Positions 9,451 through 18,963 of a stretch of DNA of 64,000 nucleotides are shown piece by piece (position 1 is the first letter of the stretch; every line of letters begins with the position of its first letter). Location of the stretch: positions 48,393-112,392 of the forward strand of contig JAYZQJ010000133.1 of NCBI GenBank assembly GCA_036149055.1. Direction: 5' to 3'. Source of the DNA: Myxococcota bacterium (lineage in GTDB: Bacteria; Myxococcota_A; Polyangia; Polyangiales; Sandaracinaceae). A program made the translations under genes and the position numbers. The notes under the pieces were generated by a model, which was not told the origin of the DNA, searched no databases, and was given only the letters and a program-made list of their open reading frames with translations.

Positions 9451-10492
9451 CGAGGGCCTCCTCGATCGCGAGCGAGCAGCCGCGCGGGGTGGCGCCGCTG
9501 GCCCGACCGTGCAGCTCGAGCGTGTCGCCGCGCGCGCCATCGCGGCGGACGGTGGCGAGGTCGCTGGTCTGGATCCCGACCGCGGTGTCCAGGTTGGCGA
9601 GGTCGTCGATGCGGAGCAGCCCCGGCTCTCCGTCGGGGCGCGGGGCGAGCGTCTCGGGATCGACGGCCACGCAGCGCACCCAGCCCGGGACGCCGTAGCG
9701 CCGCGGCGCCTCGGGCGCGCGCAGGGTGGTCTCGTACATCTGCGAGCTCAGCTCGGTCATGCCGTACTCGCCGACCACCCGGGCCTCGGGCACGCCGTAG
9801 CGCGCCGAGATCGCGGCCCGCAGCGCGTCGGGCGCGACCTCCCGCGAGCGGCCCTTGAAGCCGCCGGTCTGCATCACGAGGCTGCCCGCCGGCAGCGAGA
9901 AGGCGCGCTTCAGCGCGTCCTCGGCGAACACGAAGGCGAACGAGGTCCCCAGCACCGCGGTGGGCGCGTCGGTCTCGAGCGCCGCCTCGAGGGCGACGCA
10001 GTCGAGCCGGCCCTCCGAGAAGACCCAGCGGGCCTCGGTCCCGAACCAGTCGACGAAGCGCCCGAGCATGTAGCTGAGGGAGGAGTCCGGCGCCTCCTCG
10101 GGGTGCGGCGCGAGGAAGACCAGACGCATCGGCCCGGCGGAGAAGAGCGCGCGCGTGGCCTCCGCCTTCGCGGCCCGGTCGTAGAGGTCGAGCTCGCGCA
10201 CGCACGAGGCGCCCCGCGCCCCGCTGGTCGTGCCCGAGGTGCGGAAGACGCGCGCGTCCTCCTCGGGCGGGTGCGCGGCGACCCGCACGTAGCGGAAGAC
10301 GTCGGTCGGGACGGCGGGGAAGCCGAGCGGGTCCTCGCGGCGCTCGGCGAGCTTGGCGAGCGGCTTCACCCGCGTCCGCTGCCAGGCCGCCGCCTCGCTC
10401 AGGAGCGCGTCGCGGGCCGCGTCGTCCCGCGCGCCGTCGGCCAGGCGATCGATCAGGGCCGCGATCTTCGCGGCGAGCGCGGCGCGGCTCAC
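9440..10492 (-). CDS. LuxE-like acyl-protein synthetase
   Basis: 'FRTSGTTSG', 'TGGFKG', 'EYGMTELSSQ', 'DLAN...IQTSDL', C-terminal 'GRASGATPRGCS'; real gene is the 3' part of ORF 9440..11692. Confidence 0.88.
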   Translation of the reverse strand: MSRAALAAKIAALIDRLADGARDDAARDALLSEAAAWQRTRVKPLAKLAERREDPLGFPAVPTDVFRYVRVAAHPPEEDARVFRTSGTTSGARGASCVRELDLYDRAAKAEATRALFSAGPMRLVFLAPHPEEAPDSSLSYMLGRFVDWFGTEARWVFSEGRLDCVALEAALETDAPTAVLGTSFAFVFAEDALKRAFSLPAGSLVMQTGGFKGRSREVAPDALRAAISARYGVPEARVVGEYGMTELSSQMYETTLRAPEAPRRYGVPGWVRCVAVDPETLAPRPDGEPGLLRIDDLANLDTAVGIQTSDLATVRRDGARGDTLELHGRASGATPRGCSLAIEEALGDR

Positions 10493-11781
10493 GACGACAG
10501 CCTCCGGGCGAGGGTCCGGGTGAAGGCGTCGAGCAGCGCCTCGTCGACGTTCAGGGGCGGGGTGAGCTGGAGGACCTCGGCGCGCGGGCCGGCGGGCAGG
10601 GTGATCCAGCCCTCGGCGAGCAGCTCGGCGACGAGCCGGAGCACCCGGGCGCCGTCGTGCAGCTCCACCCCGACCATCAGCCCGCGCCCGCGCACCTCCT
10701 TCACCGCGTCGAGGCCGCCGAGCGCCTCCCGCAGCGCGCCGGTCCAGCGCGCGCCGACCTCGGCCGCCCGGGCGGCGAGGCCGTCCCGCTCCAGGATCTC
10801 GAGGCTGGCGAGCGACGCGGCGCAGGCGAGCGGGTGGCCGCTGAAGGTGGCGGTGTGGATGGCGGCGCCGCGGGGATCGCCCCACGCGCGCATCACCTCG
10901 ATGCCGCCGATGCACGCGCTGACCGGCAGGGTCCCGCCCATCGCCTTGCCCGCGCAGAGCAGATCGGGGACGACGCCGTCGGCCTCGTGCGCCCAGCGCC
11001 GCCCGGTGCGCCCGAGCCCGGTGAAGATCTCGTCGAAGACGAGCAGCGCGTCCCGCCGATCGCAGGCCTCGCGCAGCGCGCGGAGGAAGCCCTCGGGCGG
11101 GAAGCGCAGCCCGCCGCGGCCGAGGGCGGGCTCGACCACCACCGCGCCGACGTCGTCGGTGAAGTGGCGCTCCACGTCGAGCGCGCCCCACGGGGCGAAG
11201 CGGACGTGGGGGTTGAGCTGGGCCGCGAAGGGCTCGCGGAAGGGCGGCGCGAAGCCGCAGAGCGCGAGCGGGCCGTACATGAGCCCGTGGTAGCCGCCCT
11301 CGAACGCCAGCACGCCGGGCTTGCCGGTGTGGAGCACGGCGGTCTTCATCGCGGCGGCGAGGGCGTCGGCGCCGTTCTGACCGAGGATCACGCGCGCGTC
11401 GTCCATCGGGGCGAGCGCGGCGAGCCGCTCGAGCAGGCGGATCTTCGGCTCCGACGGGTGCACGTCGCCGAGCGCGTGGAGGAGCTTGCCCGCCTGCGCC
11501 CGCACCGCCTCGACCACCTCCGGGTGGCCGTGACCGACGGCGGCGACGCTGAAGCCGGCGATGAGATCCACGAAGACGTTCCCGTCGACGTCGACCACGT
11601 TCGCGCCCTTCGCCTCCGCCCAGACGATCGGATCGTTCGGCGCGCCCGCCCGCTCGGCCCGCCGCGCGCGGCGCTCGGTCAACGAGGGGCACTCCGTGCG
11701 CGCGAGGACCTCCACCCAGCGGGCGGAGTCGGCGCCGGGGATCGGGCCCCGGATCTCCGGGAGGCGCTGGCCGAGCTCCAT
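10489..11781 (-). CDS. Class-III PLP-dependent (omega) aminotransferase
   Basis: 'DVDGNVFVD', 'FEGGYHG', 'LVFDEIFTGLGRTG', 'PDLLCAGKAMGG', 'EVRGRGLMVG'. Confidence 0.92.
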   Translation of the reverse strand: MELGQRLPEIRGPIPGADSARWVEVLARTECPSLTERRARRAERAGAPNDPIVWAEAKGANVVDVDGNVFVDLIAGFSVAAVGHGHPEVVEAVRAQAGKLLHALGDVHPSEPKIRLLERLAALAPMDDARVILGQNGADALAAAMKTAVLHTGKPGVLAFEGGYHGLMYGPLALCGFAPPFREPFAAQLNPHVRFAPWGALDVERHFTDDVGAVVVEPALGRGGLRFPPEGFLRALREACDRRDALLVFDEIFTGLGRTGRRWAHEADGVVPDLLCAGKAMGGTLPVSACIGGIEVMRAWGDPRGAAIHTATFSGHPLACAASLASLEILERDGLAARAAEVGARWTGALREALGGLDAVKEVRGRGLMVGVELHDGARVLRLVAELLAEGWITLPAGPRAEVLQLTPPLNVDEALLDAFTRTLARRLSS

Positions 11782-11787
11782 GAGGCT

Positions 11788-12480
11788 CTACGTAGCAGCG
11801 TCGCGCCGTCCGAGCCCGAAGGCGGCCCCCTCCGGGTCCTCGCAGGCCGCGACGCGCAGCCCGTCGAGCGCGGTCGTGGGCGCGCCGATCACCCGCCCGC
11901 CCTCCGCCTCGACGCGCGCGAGGGCGGCGTCGAGGTCGTCCACCGGGGCGTGGAACAGCCAGTGCGGATGCACCCCGGGGAGTCGGCCGACTGTCTCGAG
12001 CACGGCCGTCTCGAGCACGGCCCCGGCGGAGCGCAGCGGCCAGACCGGACCCACGCCCGGCAGCGCCACCGGGTCTCCCACGTCGGCGGGCGTCAGGGCT
12101 CCGTAGAACGCGGTCGCGCGGCGCGCGTCGTCGGTGTGCAGCGCGGCCCAGTCGAAGGGCCCGCGCGCGACCGGCGCCGCGTCGAGCCCGAACACCGCGC
12201 CGCCCGGATCTCGGCAGACGGCCCGCGCCTCCGACACCGGCCCGAGGGTCAGGCCGCCGGCCGCCCGCACGCGCTCGACCGCCGCGGTCACGTCGGCCAC
12301 CGCCAGCCGCCCCAGCCAGTGCGACGGCGCCCCCCGGGCCCGCGCCGGCCCCGGCAGCGGCTCGACCGCGATCTCGCCACCGAGCCGCTCCCCTTCGAAC
12401 ACCCTGCGATAGAACCCGGCGGCGGCCGCCGGATCGATCGCCCGAAGCACGTGACCCGCGAAGCGCATGCCCGGAGCCAT
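11788..12480 (-). CDS. VOC/glyoxalase-bleomycin resistance family protein
   Basis: Two VOC modules ('HW....VADV..A..RV..AGG', 'DPGGAVFGL', 'DPEGAAFGL'). Confidence 0.85.
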   Translation of the reverse strand: MAPGMRFAGHVLRAIDPAAAAGFYRRVFEGERLGGEIAVEPLPGPARARGAPSHWLGRLAVADVTAAVERVRAAGGLTLGPVSEARAVCRDPGGAVFGLDAAPVARGPFDWAALHTDDARRATAFYGALTPADVGDPVALPGVGPVWPLRSAGAVLETAVLETVGRLPGVHPHWLFHAPVDDLDAALARVEAEGGRVIGAPTTALDGLRVAACEDPEGAAFGLGRRDAAT

Positions 12481-12599
12481 AGCCTCCCGACCGCGGCGCT
12501 CGCCACCCCCACCTCGGCGCCTCCTCGCTTCCGACCTTCCTCCCTTCCGGGGAGTCGGAGGCTTCCGAACCGCGAGCGACCGACGAAGGCGGGGGGCGC

Positions 12600-13532
12600 T
12601 CACCCCCCGAGGAACGGGTTCCCTGCGGCGTCGCGCGCCGGAGGCTCCTCGACCGCGACCTGGAGGGAGTCGATCCAGAGGACCTGGTCGCGGGGCGCGC
12701 CCTCGTTGCCGAACCAGGTGAAGATGTTGAGGCCTCGGGCGACGTCGGTCGCCTCCACGAGCGTGCGCTGACCGGTGGCCTCGCCGACGAGGGCGCCGTT
12801 CTTCCAGACGCGGACGCGGCCCATGCCGCCCTCGTCCACCGGGAGCTCGTCGAGGTAGTAGTAGACCTCGTAGGTCTCCCAGGTGTCGCGCTGGACCTGT
12901 GTCTCGGGGGTGCCCCAGCGGCTCCAGCGGTGCGTGCCCTCGTAGATCCAGTGATGCGGCCGGGAGTCGTCGCGGCTGGCGAGGTACCAGTCGAGGTAGC
13001 CCCGCGACTCCCCTCCGTCGGCGGCGAAGGTGCGCAGCCGGAGGAACTTCGAGCGGCCCTCGTTGAACTGCCAGTCCGAGGGCACGTAGAGCGCGATCCG
13101 GATCCAGATCTCGTCGCCCTTCACGAGCTGACCGAGGCGGCGGTTCAGGATGCCGCCGAACGCGCCGAAGCCCTGGCGCCCCTCGGGGACCCCGAGCCGG
13201 CACGCGGTCGCGCCCTCGAAGACGTGGGTGTCGTCGCGCACGCTGAGCGAGAACGACTCGTCGAAGCCGTCCTCACCCCAGCAGCCCTCGCCGACCTCGC
13301 GGTCCTCGAAGTCGGCGTCGATCAGGAGCGTCGGCTCCGGGAGGACGCCCGCGTCCGGCTCGAAGCCGGCGTCGTCGGTCGCGCCCGCGTCGTCGCTGGC
13401 CCCGGCGTCGGAGGGCACGTCGACGAGGCCGGCGTCGTCGGGCGCGGCGGCGTCTCCCGCGCCGGGGGCGGTGCCGCAGCCGAGCGCGAGCACGATCCAG
13501 AGGGTCCGAGGCATGATGCGCATGCCGTCCAC
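12600..13532 (-). CDS. Lipoprotein with probable beta-sandwich polysaccharide-lyase-like domain
   Basis: Lipobox LALGC; DAG-rich linker; 'EIWIRIALYVPSDW..KFLR..WETYE..GRVRVWKNG' pattern. Confidence 0.65.
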   Translation of the reverse strand: MDGMRIMPRTLWIVLALGCGTAPGAGDAAAPDDAGLVDVPSDAGASDDAGATDDAGFEPDAGVLPEPTLLIDADFEDREVGEGCWGEDGFDESFSLSVRDDTHVFEGATACRLGVPEGRQGFGAFGGILNRRLGQLVKGDEIWIRIALYVPSDWQFNEGRSKFLRLRTFAADGGESRGYLDWYLASRDDSRPHHWIYEGTHRWSRWGTPETQVQRDTWETYEVYYYLDELPVDEGGMGRVRVWKNGALVGEATGQRTLVEATDVARGLNIFTWFGNEGAPRDQVLWIDSLQVAVEEPPARDAAGNPFLGG

Positions 13533-13600
13533 CCTGCCGGCCCGGCGGGCGCGCCTCCACTAACCTTCCCTGATCTCCCGTCCGCCCCCAGCCTTCGATC

Positions 13601-14035
13601 GTGCTCTGCCACCACCGCCTGCCCGACCTCCGCCTCACCTGCCTCCTCGTCGGCGCGGTCTACGTGCTCATCGCCGGCGCGATCCTCGTGCGGGGCGCCG
13701 ACGCGATGGGCGACTACGCGGTGCCGGCGGAGGTGATCGCCAGCGCGCACTACGCCGACGCGATCACCTGGGTCTACGTGCACATGCTCGTGCTCGGCCT
13801 GCTGATCGCGACCCTCGGGACCCTGGCGGTCACCCCCACGGCCAAGCGCTGGGTCCCGCGCGGCTTGCTCGCCGTCCACCTCGTGTACCTTCTCCTCGAC
13901 GTGCGCACGTCCGACAGCGCCCTGGGGAACGCGCTCTACCGGGGACCCGCCTCGCTCGCCCCGGCCATCGTCGGCGGCATCGTGGCGCTGCTGTTCGTGC
14001 ACCTGAGCGTCTGTCGTGGAGAGGCCCGTGGGTGA
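13601..14035 (+). CDS. Small integral membrane protein
   Basis: Four hydrophobic segments. Confidence 0.7.
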   Translation: MLCHHRLPDLRLTCLLVGAVYVLIAGAILVRGADAMGDYAVPAEVIASAHYADAITWVYVHMLVLGLLIATLGTLAVTPTAKRWVPRGLLAVHLVYLLLDVRTSDSALGNALYRGPASLAPAIVGGIVALLFVHLSVCRGEARG

Positions 14036-14936
14036 CGCCGAGGCGCGGATCGCGGGCGCGGTGGACGGGCTCGTGGCGAGCGAGGTCCTGCGGCCGGTCG
14101 CGCTGCACTCCTCGGAGGAGCGCCTCTTCGCCGACTGCGACCTCGCCTCGCTGGCCGAGAACCGGCTCGCGGAGTCCGTCGATCCGCGAGGGATCGACCC
14201 CGCCACCCGCGCGCGCTTCCTCGACGAGGCGACCGACGAGACCCAGCGGCTCCCGAGCGAGCGCGCCTACGAGCGCTGCTTCTGGCTGATGGACGAGGGC
14301 GAGCGGCTCGGGACCGTCAGCCTGCTCGACTCGAGCTGGGGCTCGTCGCGCGCCTACCTCGCGAGCCTCTACGTCTTCCCCGACCGTCGCGGCCGGGGCC
14401 TCGGCGCCCGCGCGATGCGGGCCATCCGGGACGCGCTCGCGGCGCGACGCATGGGGCTGCGCCTCGACACGAGCTGGCTCTGGCAGGACGCGGTGCGCTT
14501 CTACCTGCGGCTCGGCATGCGCTGCTGGATGTGGAAGCGGAGCCTCTCGTTCTGCTGGGACCTCGACGCCGTGACGCCGGCGCTCGAGGTCGAGGGCGCG
14601 CGCGCCTCGCTGACCCTGGGCCCGGAGACCACCGTCGTCGCCGCGCACGACGGCGCCTGGCTGAGCCTCGAAGACGGCGAGGGCCACCGCCGGGGTGACG
14701 CGCACACCCACCTCGCGCTGGAGCTGGCGATGCGCGGCTGGCCGCTGCTCCGGAGCGAGGCCGAGCGGAGGCGTCACCGGGCGTCGGACGCCGGCGCCCC
14801 CGAGGCGCTGGCGGATCGGATCGAGGTCTGGGAGGCCTACGCGCGCCACATGGGCTGGCGGGTGGAGACGCCGCGGATCCCCGGGCTCACCTACCCGAGC
14901 TGGGCGGAGCTGCAGCGCGCCTGGACGGAGACGTAG
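14016..14936 (+). CDS. GNAT N-acetyltransferase
   Basis: 'LYVFPDRRGRGLG' acetyl-CoA motif and 'AVRFYLRLG'; start may be 14028. Confidence 0.85.
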   Translation: MERPVGDAEARIAGAVDGLVASEVLRPVALHSSEERLFADCDLASLAENRLAESVDPRGIDPATRARFLDEATDETQRLPSERAYERCFWLMDEGERLGTVSLLDSSWGSSRAYLASLYVFPDRRGRGLGARAMRAIRDALAARRMGLRLDTSWLWQDAVRFYLRLGMRCWMWKRSLSFCWDLDAVTPALEVEGARASLTLGPETTVVAAHDGAWLSLEDGEGHRRGDAHTHLALELAMRGWPLLRSEAERRRHRASDAGAPEALADRIEVWEAYARHMGWRVETPRIPGLTYPSWAELQRAWTET

Positions 14937-14939
14937 GCG

Positions 14940-15926
14940 CTACTTCTTGCGCCAGGGATAGAAGACGACGCCGGTCGCGCGCGCGTTGCGCATGAGCTCG
15001 GGGTCGTCGAGGAGGAGCACGTCGAGCTGCGCCCCCTCGGCGTCGCCCGCGCGGCGCACCTCGCTGACGATGTCGTTCACCCGCTGGCGGAAGCCCGCGT
15101 CGACCCGGAGCCCGACGGTGGGCGAAGGCGCGGCGGGGCCGCGGGCCGCCTGGACCATCGCCGCCCACTCCACCTCGGGGTAGTTGCGCAGCACCACGGT
15201 GAGCGCGTCGAAGAGGGCGTCGCTCGGCATCGAGGCGAGCGGCTGCAGGCTCACGCTCGTGCCGCCGCCGAACGCCGCGGCCGAGGGATCGAAGTCCTTG
15301 CTCACCGAGAAGCCGTCGTCCTCGTCCTGCGTCGGCGCCGGCTCGAGCCCCGGTGTGGACGTGGGCGGCTTGATCTCCGCCGGGACGCGCGGCGCGGCGA
15401 GCGATCCGGGCGCGGGGGTGGCGGTCATCGGCCCGGCGCTCGGCGGCGGGGTCGGGCGCACCGCGCGGATGAGCGACGAGGAGATCTTGCCGGCGCCGGC
15501 GAAGGGCCCGGACGAGTCGCGGCGCGCCGCGGGGCTGAGCAGCGGCTCGAACTCCTCGCGCGCGATCTCGAGGGCGTGATCGTCGGCGATGTCGATCACG
15601 ACGTAGCTGAGGTTCTCGCGCACCGCGTAGTTGAGCGCGGCCCGCGCGCCGAGTTCCTGCGCGGGGGCGTTGCCGTGCGCGTCGAGCCAACCGTAGCGCC
15701 GCGCCGCCTCCTCGAGCGCGGCGCGGTGCGTGAAGACGGGGAGCGCGGCCACCCCCTCGCTGTTCACCAGGGTGCGGAACCCCTCGATGCCCTGCGGCCA
15801 GGGCACGAGGTGAACGAGGCGCTGCGACAGCGCGACCAGCGCGTCGACCTTGGCCTGACCGCCGTGGTGCGCGTCACTGATGAGGCGATGAAACGCCGCG
15901 AGCTGAGGATCGTCCGTTCGAGCCAA
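14940..15926 (-). CDS. SseB family protein (N- and C-terminal domains, Pro-rich linker)
   Basis: 'ALPVFT' SseB-like motif; C-terminal 'LRNYPEVEWAAM'; TTG start with AAGGGG upstream (start uncertain). Confidence 0.7.
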   Translation of the reverse strand: MARTDDPQLAAFHRLISDAHHGGQAKVDALVALSQRLVHLVPWPQGIEGFRTLVNSEGVAALPVFTHRAALEEAARRYGWLDAHGNAPAQELGARAALNYAVRENLSYVVIDIADDHALEIAREEFEPLLSPAARRDSSGPFAGAGKISSSLIRAVRPTPPPSAGPMTATPAPGSLAAPRVPAEIKPPTSTPGLEPAPTQDEDDGFSVSKDFDPSAAAFGGGTSVSLQPLASMPSDALFDALTVVLRNYPEVEWAAMVQAARGPAAPSPTVGLRVDAGFRQRVNDIVSEVRRAGDAEGAQLDVLLLDDPELMRNARATGVVFYPWRKK

Positions 15927-15996
15927 AGAGATGCCCCTTGGTGAAACATTGTAGCGTTCCCCTCCGAAGCACCCACTTAACTGCATACTCCGGGGC

Positions 15997-16410
15997 ATGT
16001 ACCGAGGTCGGCGACGCGCGTGCCCGGGATGCCGCAGCCCGATGGACGAGGTGCCCGTCGACGCCGGCGCCGGCGCTCACGCCGAGATCGACCGGTGCCC
16101 GGCCTGCGGGGGCGTCTTCCTCGAGTTCTTCGACGGGGAGCCCGCCGCCCTCTCCCGCGGCCTCGAGGGCGCGGCCCCGCCCGCCTCGGGTCGACCGACC
16201 GGCGACGCGGTCTGCCCGGACTGCGAGGAGACGATGGTGCTCCGGCCCTACCTCGACGAGGGTCCGGTGATCCCCCGCTGCGAGGGCTGCCTCGCGGTCT
16301 TCCTCACCCCGGCCCTCCGCGAGGAGATGGCCGCCTGGCGCGCCGCGCCCGACGCCCCCGAGGAGGCGTCCTGGGTGACCCGCCTGCTCGGCTGGCTCGA
16401 CCGCGCGTGA
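15997..16410 (+). CDS. Double zf-TFIIB zinc-ribbon protein
   Basis: CPGC..M..EIDRCPACGGVFL and CPDC..M..CEGC motifs. Confidence 0.8.
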   Translation: MYRGRRRACPGCRSPMDEVPVDAGAGAHAEIDRCPACGGVFLEFFDGEPAALSRGLEGAAPPASGRPTGDAVCPDCEETMVLRPYLDEGPVIPRCEGCLAVFLTPALREEMAAWRAAPDAPEEASWVTRLLGWLDRA

Positions 16411-16418
16411 GGGCGACC

Positions 16419-17951
16419 ATGGAGGTTGGCTTCGGGCGCGCGGACATCACGTTCTTCGAGCGGGGCATGCCGATGCTCGGCTGGGGGAGCCCGCACAACG
16501 TCGCCCTCGGCGTGGAGGCGCCGCTCTACGCGCGGGCGCTCGCCGTCCGGAGCGGAGGGCGCGCGGCCGTCTACGTCTGCGCGGATCTCTGCTTCATCGC
16601 GGCCGGGCTGCGGGTCGCGGTAGAGGAGGCCCTCGCCGGTCGGGTGCACCCCGCCGATCTGCTGCTCACCGCTACCCACACCCACAGCGGGCCGGCGGGC
16701 TACAGCCACGCGTTCTTCTACGACCTGAGCGGCCCCGGGTTCTCGCGCCGGGTCTTCGAGGGGCTCCGCGACGGGATCGTGCGCGCGGCCACCGACGCGC
16801 TCGACGCCCTCGCGCCCGCGCGGCTGACGCTCCGCTCGGGCTTCGTGCCGGGCGCCGAGCCGATCGCCTTCAACCGCTCCCCGGGCGCTCACCGGCGCAA
16901 CCCGGACGCGGCGGGCGAGGACGTCGACCGGGAGATGCTCGTGCTCGACACCGGGCGCGGGGTGCTGAGCTTCTTCGCCCTCCACGCGACGTCGGTGCAC
17001 GGCGACGGGACGCGCATCCACCCCGATCACAAGGGCCTCGCGTGCGAGGCCTACGAGGCGGCGCGCGGCGTGCCGGCGATCTTCGCCCAGGGCGCGGCCG
17101 GCGACGTGAGCCCGAACTTCCGCGCGTCGAGCGCGCGCGGGGTGACCGTCGGCCGCTACGACGACGACCTCGACAGCGCCGCCTACGTCGGGCGGGTGCA
17201 GGCGCGGGCCGCGGCCGCGATCACCGAGCGCGACGGCGTGGCGCTGGACGGCCCGGTCGGGGGCGCGCTCCGGCGCGTGGACCTCGAGCGAACCCCGACC
17301 GCGCGCGGGCGCACGACGATCGGGCGCCTCGGCCTGGCGATGGCGGGCGGCACCGCGGAGGGGCCGGGCCCGCTGGCCGCGCTCGCCCCGCTCGTGCGGC
17401 TCGCCCCGCGCAAGGCGCCGCTGCTCGAGATCGGCCCGGGCCGCCGCCGCCGCCTCTTCGGCCTGATCGATCCGACCCGCGTCGCCCTGGATCACCCGGC
17501 CTTCGAGCACGCGCGCCGGGTCGCCGCCGCTGGCGGGCTGGACGGGCAGCCCTGGATCCCGACCGTGCTCCCGGTGCAGCTCTGGCGGGTCGGCGCCTTC
17601 TGCGTCGCCGCCCTCCCCAACGAGCCGACGGTCATGGTCGGCCGCCGCCTCCGCGCGCGCCTGGAGCGGATCCTCGCGCCGCTGGGCGTGCGCCGCGTGC
17701 ACGTGCAGGGCTACGCCAACGCCTACGCCGGCTACCTCACCACGCCCGAGGAGTACGCCGCGCAGCGCTACGAGGGCGCCTACACGCTCTTCGGCCCGCG
17801 CACCTACGACGCCTTCGCCGAGACGCTCGACGCCCTCGCGCCCGCGCTCGCCGCCGACGCGCCGCACGAGAGCGGCCCGCCCCTCCCCCGCTGCGACGAC
17901 GCCCAGCTCGCCGCCCGGGCCTGGACCGGACCCGAGCCTCAATCCTCGTGA
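16419..17951 (+). CDS. Neutral/alkaline ceramidase family protein
   Basis: 'GFGRADIT', 'LYARA', 'ATHTHSGPAG', 'FAQGAAGDVSPN', 'YANAYAGYLTTPEEY..Q.YEG..TLFG'. Confidence 0.88.
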   Translation: MEVGFGRADITFFERGMPMLGWGSPHNVALGVEAPLYARALAVRSGGRAAVYVCADLCFIAAGLRVAVEEALAGRVHPADLLLTATHTHSGPAGYSHAFFYDLSGPGFSRRVFEGLRDGIVRAATDALDALAPARLTLRSGFVPGAEPIAFNRSPGAHRRNPDAAGEDVDREMLVLDTGRGVLSFFALHATSVHGDGTRIHPDHKGLACEAYEAARGVPAIFAQGAAGDVSPNFRASSARGVTVGRYDDDLDSAAYVGRVQARAAAAITERDGVALDGPVGGALRRVDLERTPTARGRTTIGRLGLAMAGGTAEGPGPLAALAPLVRLAPRKAPLLEIGPGRRRRLFGLIDPTRVALDHPAFEHARRVAAAGGLDGQPWIPTVLPVQLWRVGAFCVAALPNEPTVMVGRRLRARLERILAPLGVRRVHVQGYANAYAGYLTTPEEYAAQRYEGAYTLFGPRTYDAFAETLDALAPALAADAPHESGPPLPRCDDAQLAARAWTGPEPQSS

Positions 17952-18442
17952 GGCGGCTCCTCCCAGTCGATCGGCATCGGCTCGCCCATCAGCGGCTCGG
18001 GCTCCACCATCCGGCCGACCTCGATCTCGCCTTCGAGGCCCTTCGCGAGCTCGCCGACCACGGTGCGATCGAGCCAGCCGGCGAGGTCGACGCCGCTGAC
18101 CCGGAAGAGACCGAGGGCGGCGACCATCGAGACGAGCGCGACGAAGAGGGCGGCGGCGCCGGCGAGGGTGCGACGCGCCGCCCGGCGGACGGCGGCGAAC
18201 CGGATCGGGGCGCAGTCGACGGTGCTCACCGTGCCGTCGGCCCGGCGGTAGAAGCGCACGCAGAGCTTGCCCTCGCGCTCCTCGATCAGCGCCTGCGCCC
18301 GCTCGCGGGTCATCGCCGAGAGGTCGTAGACGTTCTTCTCGCAGAGGCCGCAGAAGCGGACCTCGCCGTCGCCGCGCATCCCCGCCCAGTCCTCGGGGCA
18401 GGGGTCCTTCACCGTGAGCACGTCGAGCTTCAACTTCGTCAC
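17939..18442 (-). CDS. Cys-rich membrane protein (paralogue 2)
   Basis: PCPEDWAGMRG..RFCGLCEKNVYDLS...CVRFYRRADGTVSTVDC + TM helix. Confidence 0.8.
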   Translation of the reverse strand: MTKLKLDVLTVKDPCPEDWAGMRGDGEVRFCGLCEKNVYDLSAMTRERAQALIEEREGKLCVRFYRRADGTVSTVDCAPIRFAAVRRAARRTLAGAAALFVALVSMVAALGLFRVSGVDLAGWLDRTVVGELAKGLEGEIEVGRMVEPEPLMGEPMPIDWEEPPHED

Positions 18443-18888
18443 TGGCCCTCCTCCGCTTCGCCGACCGGCACATGCTCCATCGGGGGCGCGCCCATGATCA
18501 TCACCGGCTCCGGCGAGAGCTTCTCGGCGACCCACTCGCTCGCCCCGACCAGCGAGGCAGCCCCGAGGCCTCCGGCCAGCGTCAGCACGCCCGCGATCGC
18601 GGCGGCCGCGATCTTCAGGCTGCGCCGGGCGGCGGCGCGGGCCGCGGCCAGCCGATCCGGGGTGCAGTCCTTGGTCGTGACCGTGCCGTCGGCGCGCCGG
18701 TAGAAGCGGACGCACGCCCCGCTGGCCAGCAGCGCCTCCGCCTCGTCGGCGGTGAGGCGCGACAGGTCGAAGACGTCGCGGTCGCAGGTGCCGCAGTGGC
18801 GACGGTGCCCCTCGCCCGTCATGGCGTCCCAGTCCTCGGCGCAGGGCTCGGCGATGTCGAGGACTTCGAGGTGTACGTGGCGCTGCAT
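18439..18888 (-). CDS. Cys-rich membrane protein (paralogue 1)
   Basis: PCAEDWDAMTG..RHCGTCDRDVFDLS...CVRFYRRADGTVTTKDC + TM; stop overlaps next start (GTGA). Confidence 0.8.
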   Translation of the reverse strand: MQRHVHLEVLDIAEPCAEDWDAMTGEGHRRHCGTCDRDVFDLSRLTADEAEALLASGACVRFYRRADGTVTTKDCTPDRLAAARAAARRSLKIAAAAIAGVLTLAGGLGAASLVGASEWVAEKLSPEPVMIMGAPPMEHVPVGEAEEGQ

Positions 18889-18963
18889 CGGCCGGTGGAA
18901 CCCGGGGCGCGGGGCCGACCTTGGGCGCCCAAGCTCGCCGGCGTTCGCCCGGTCCGTCGAGCC

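Noticed and set aside
8215..10492. Bioluminescence (lux) operon
   Set aside because: No luxA/luxB luciferase or luxD in the window; only the reductase and synthetase homologues are present.
12481..12599. ncRNA in the intergenic gap
   Set aside because: Only a weak CCGAC...GTCGG stem, expected by chance at this GC content.
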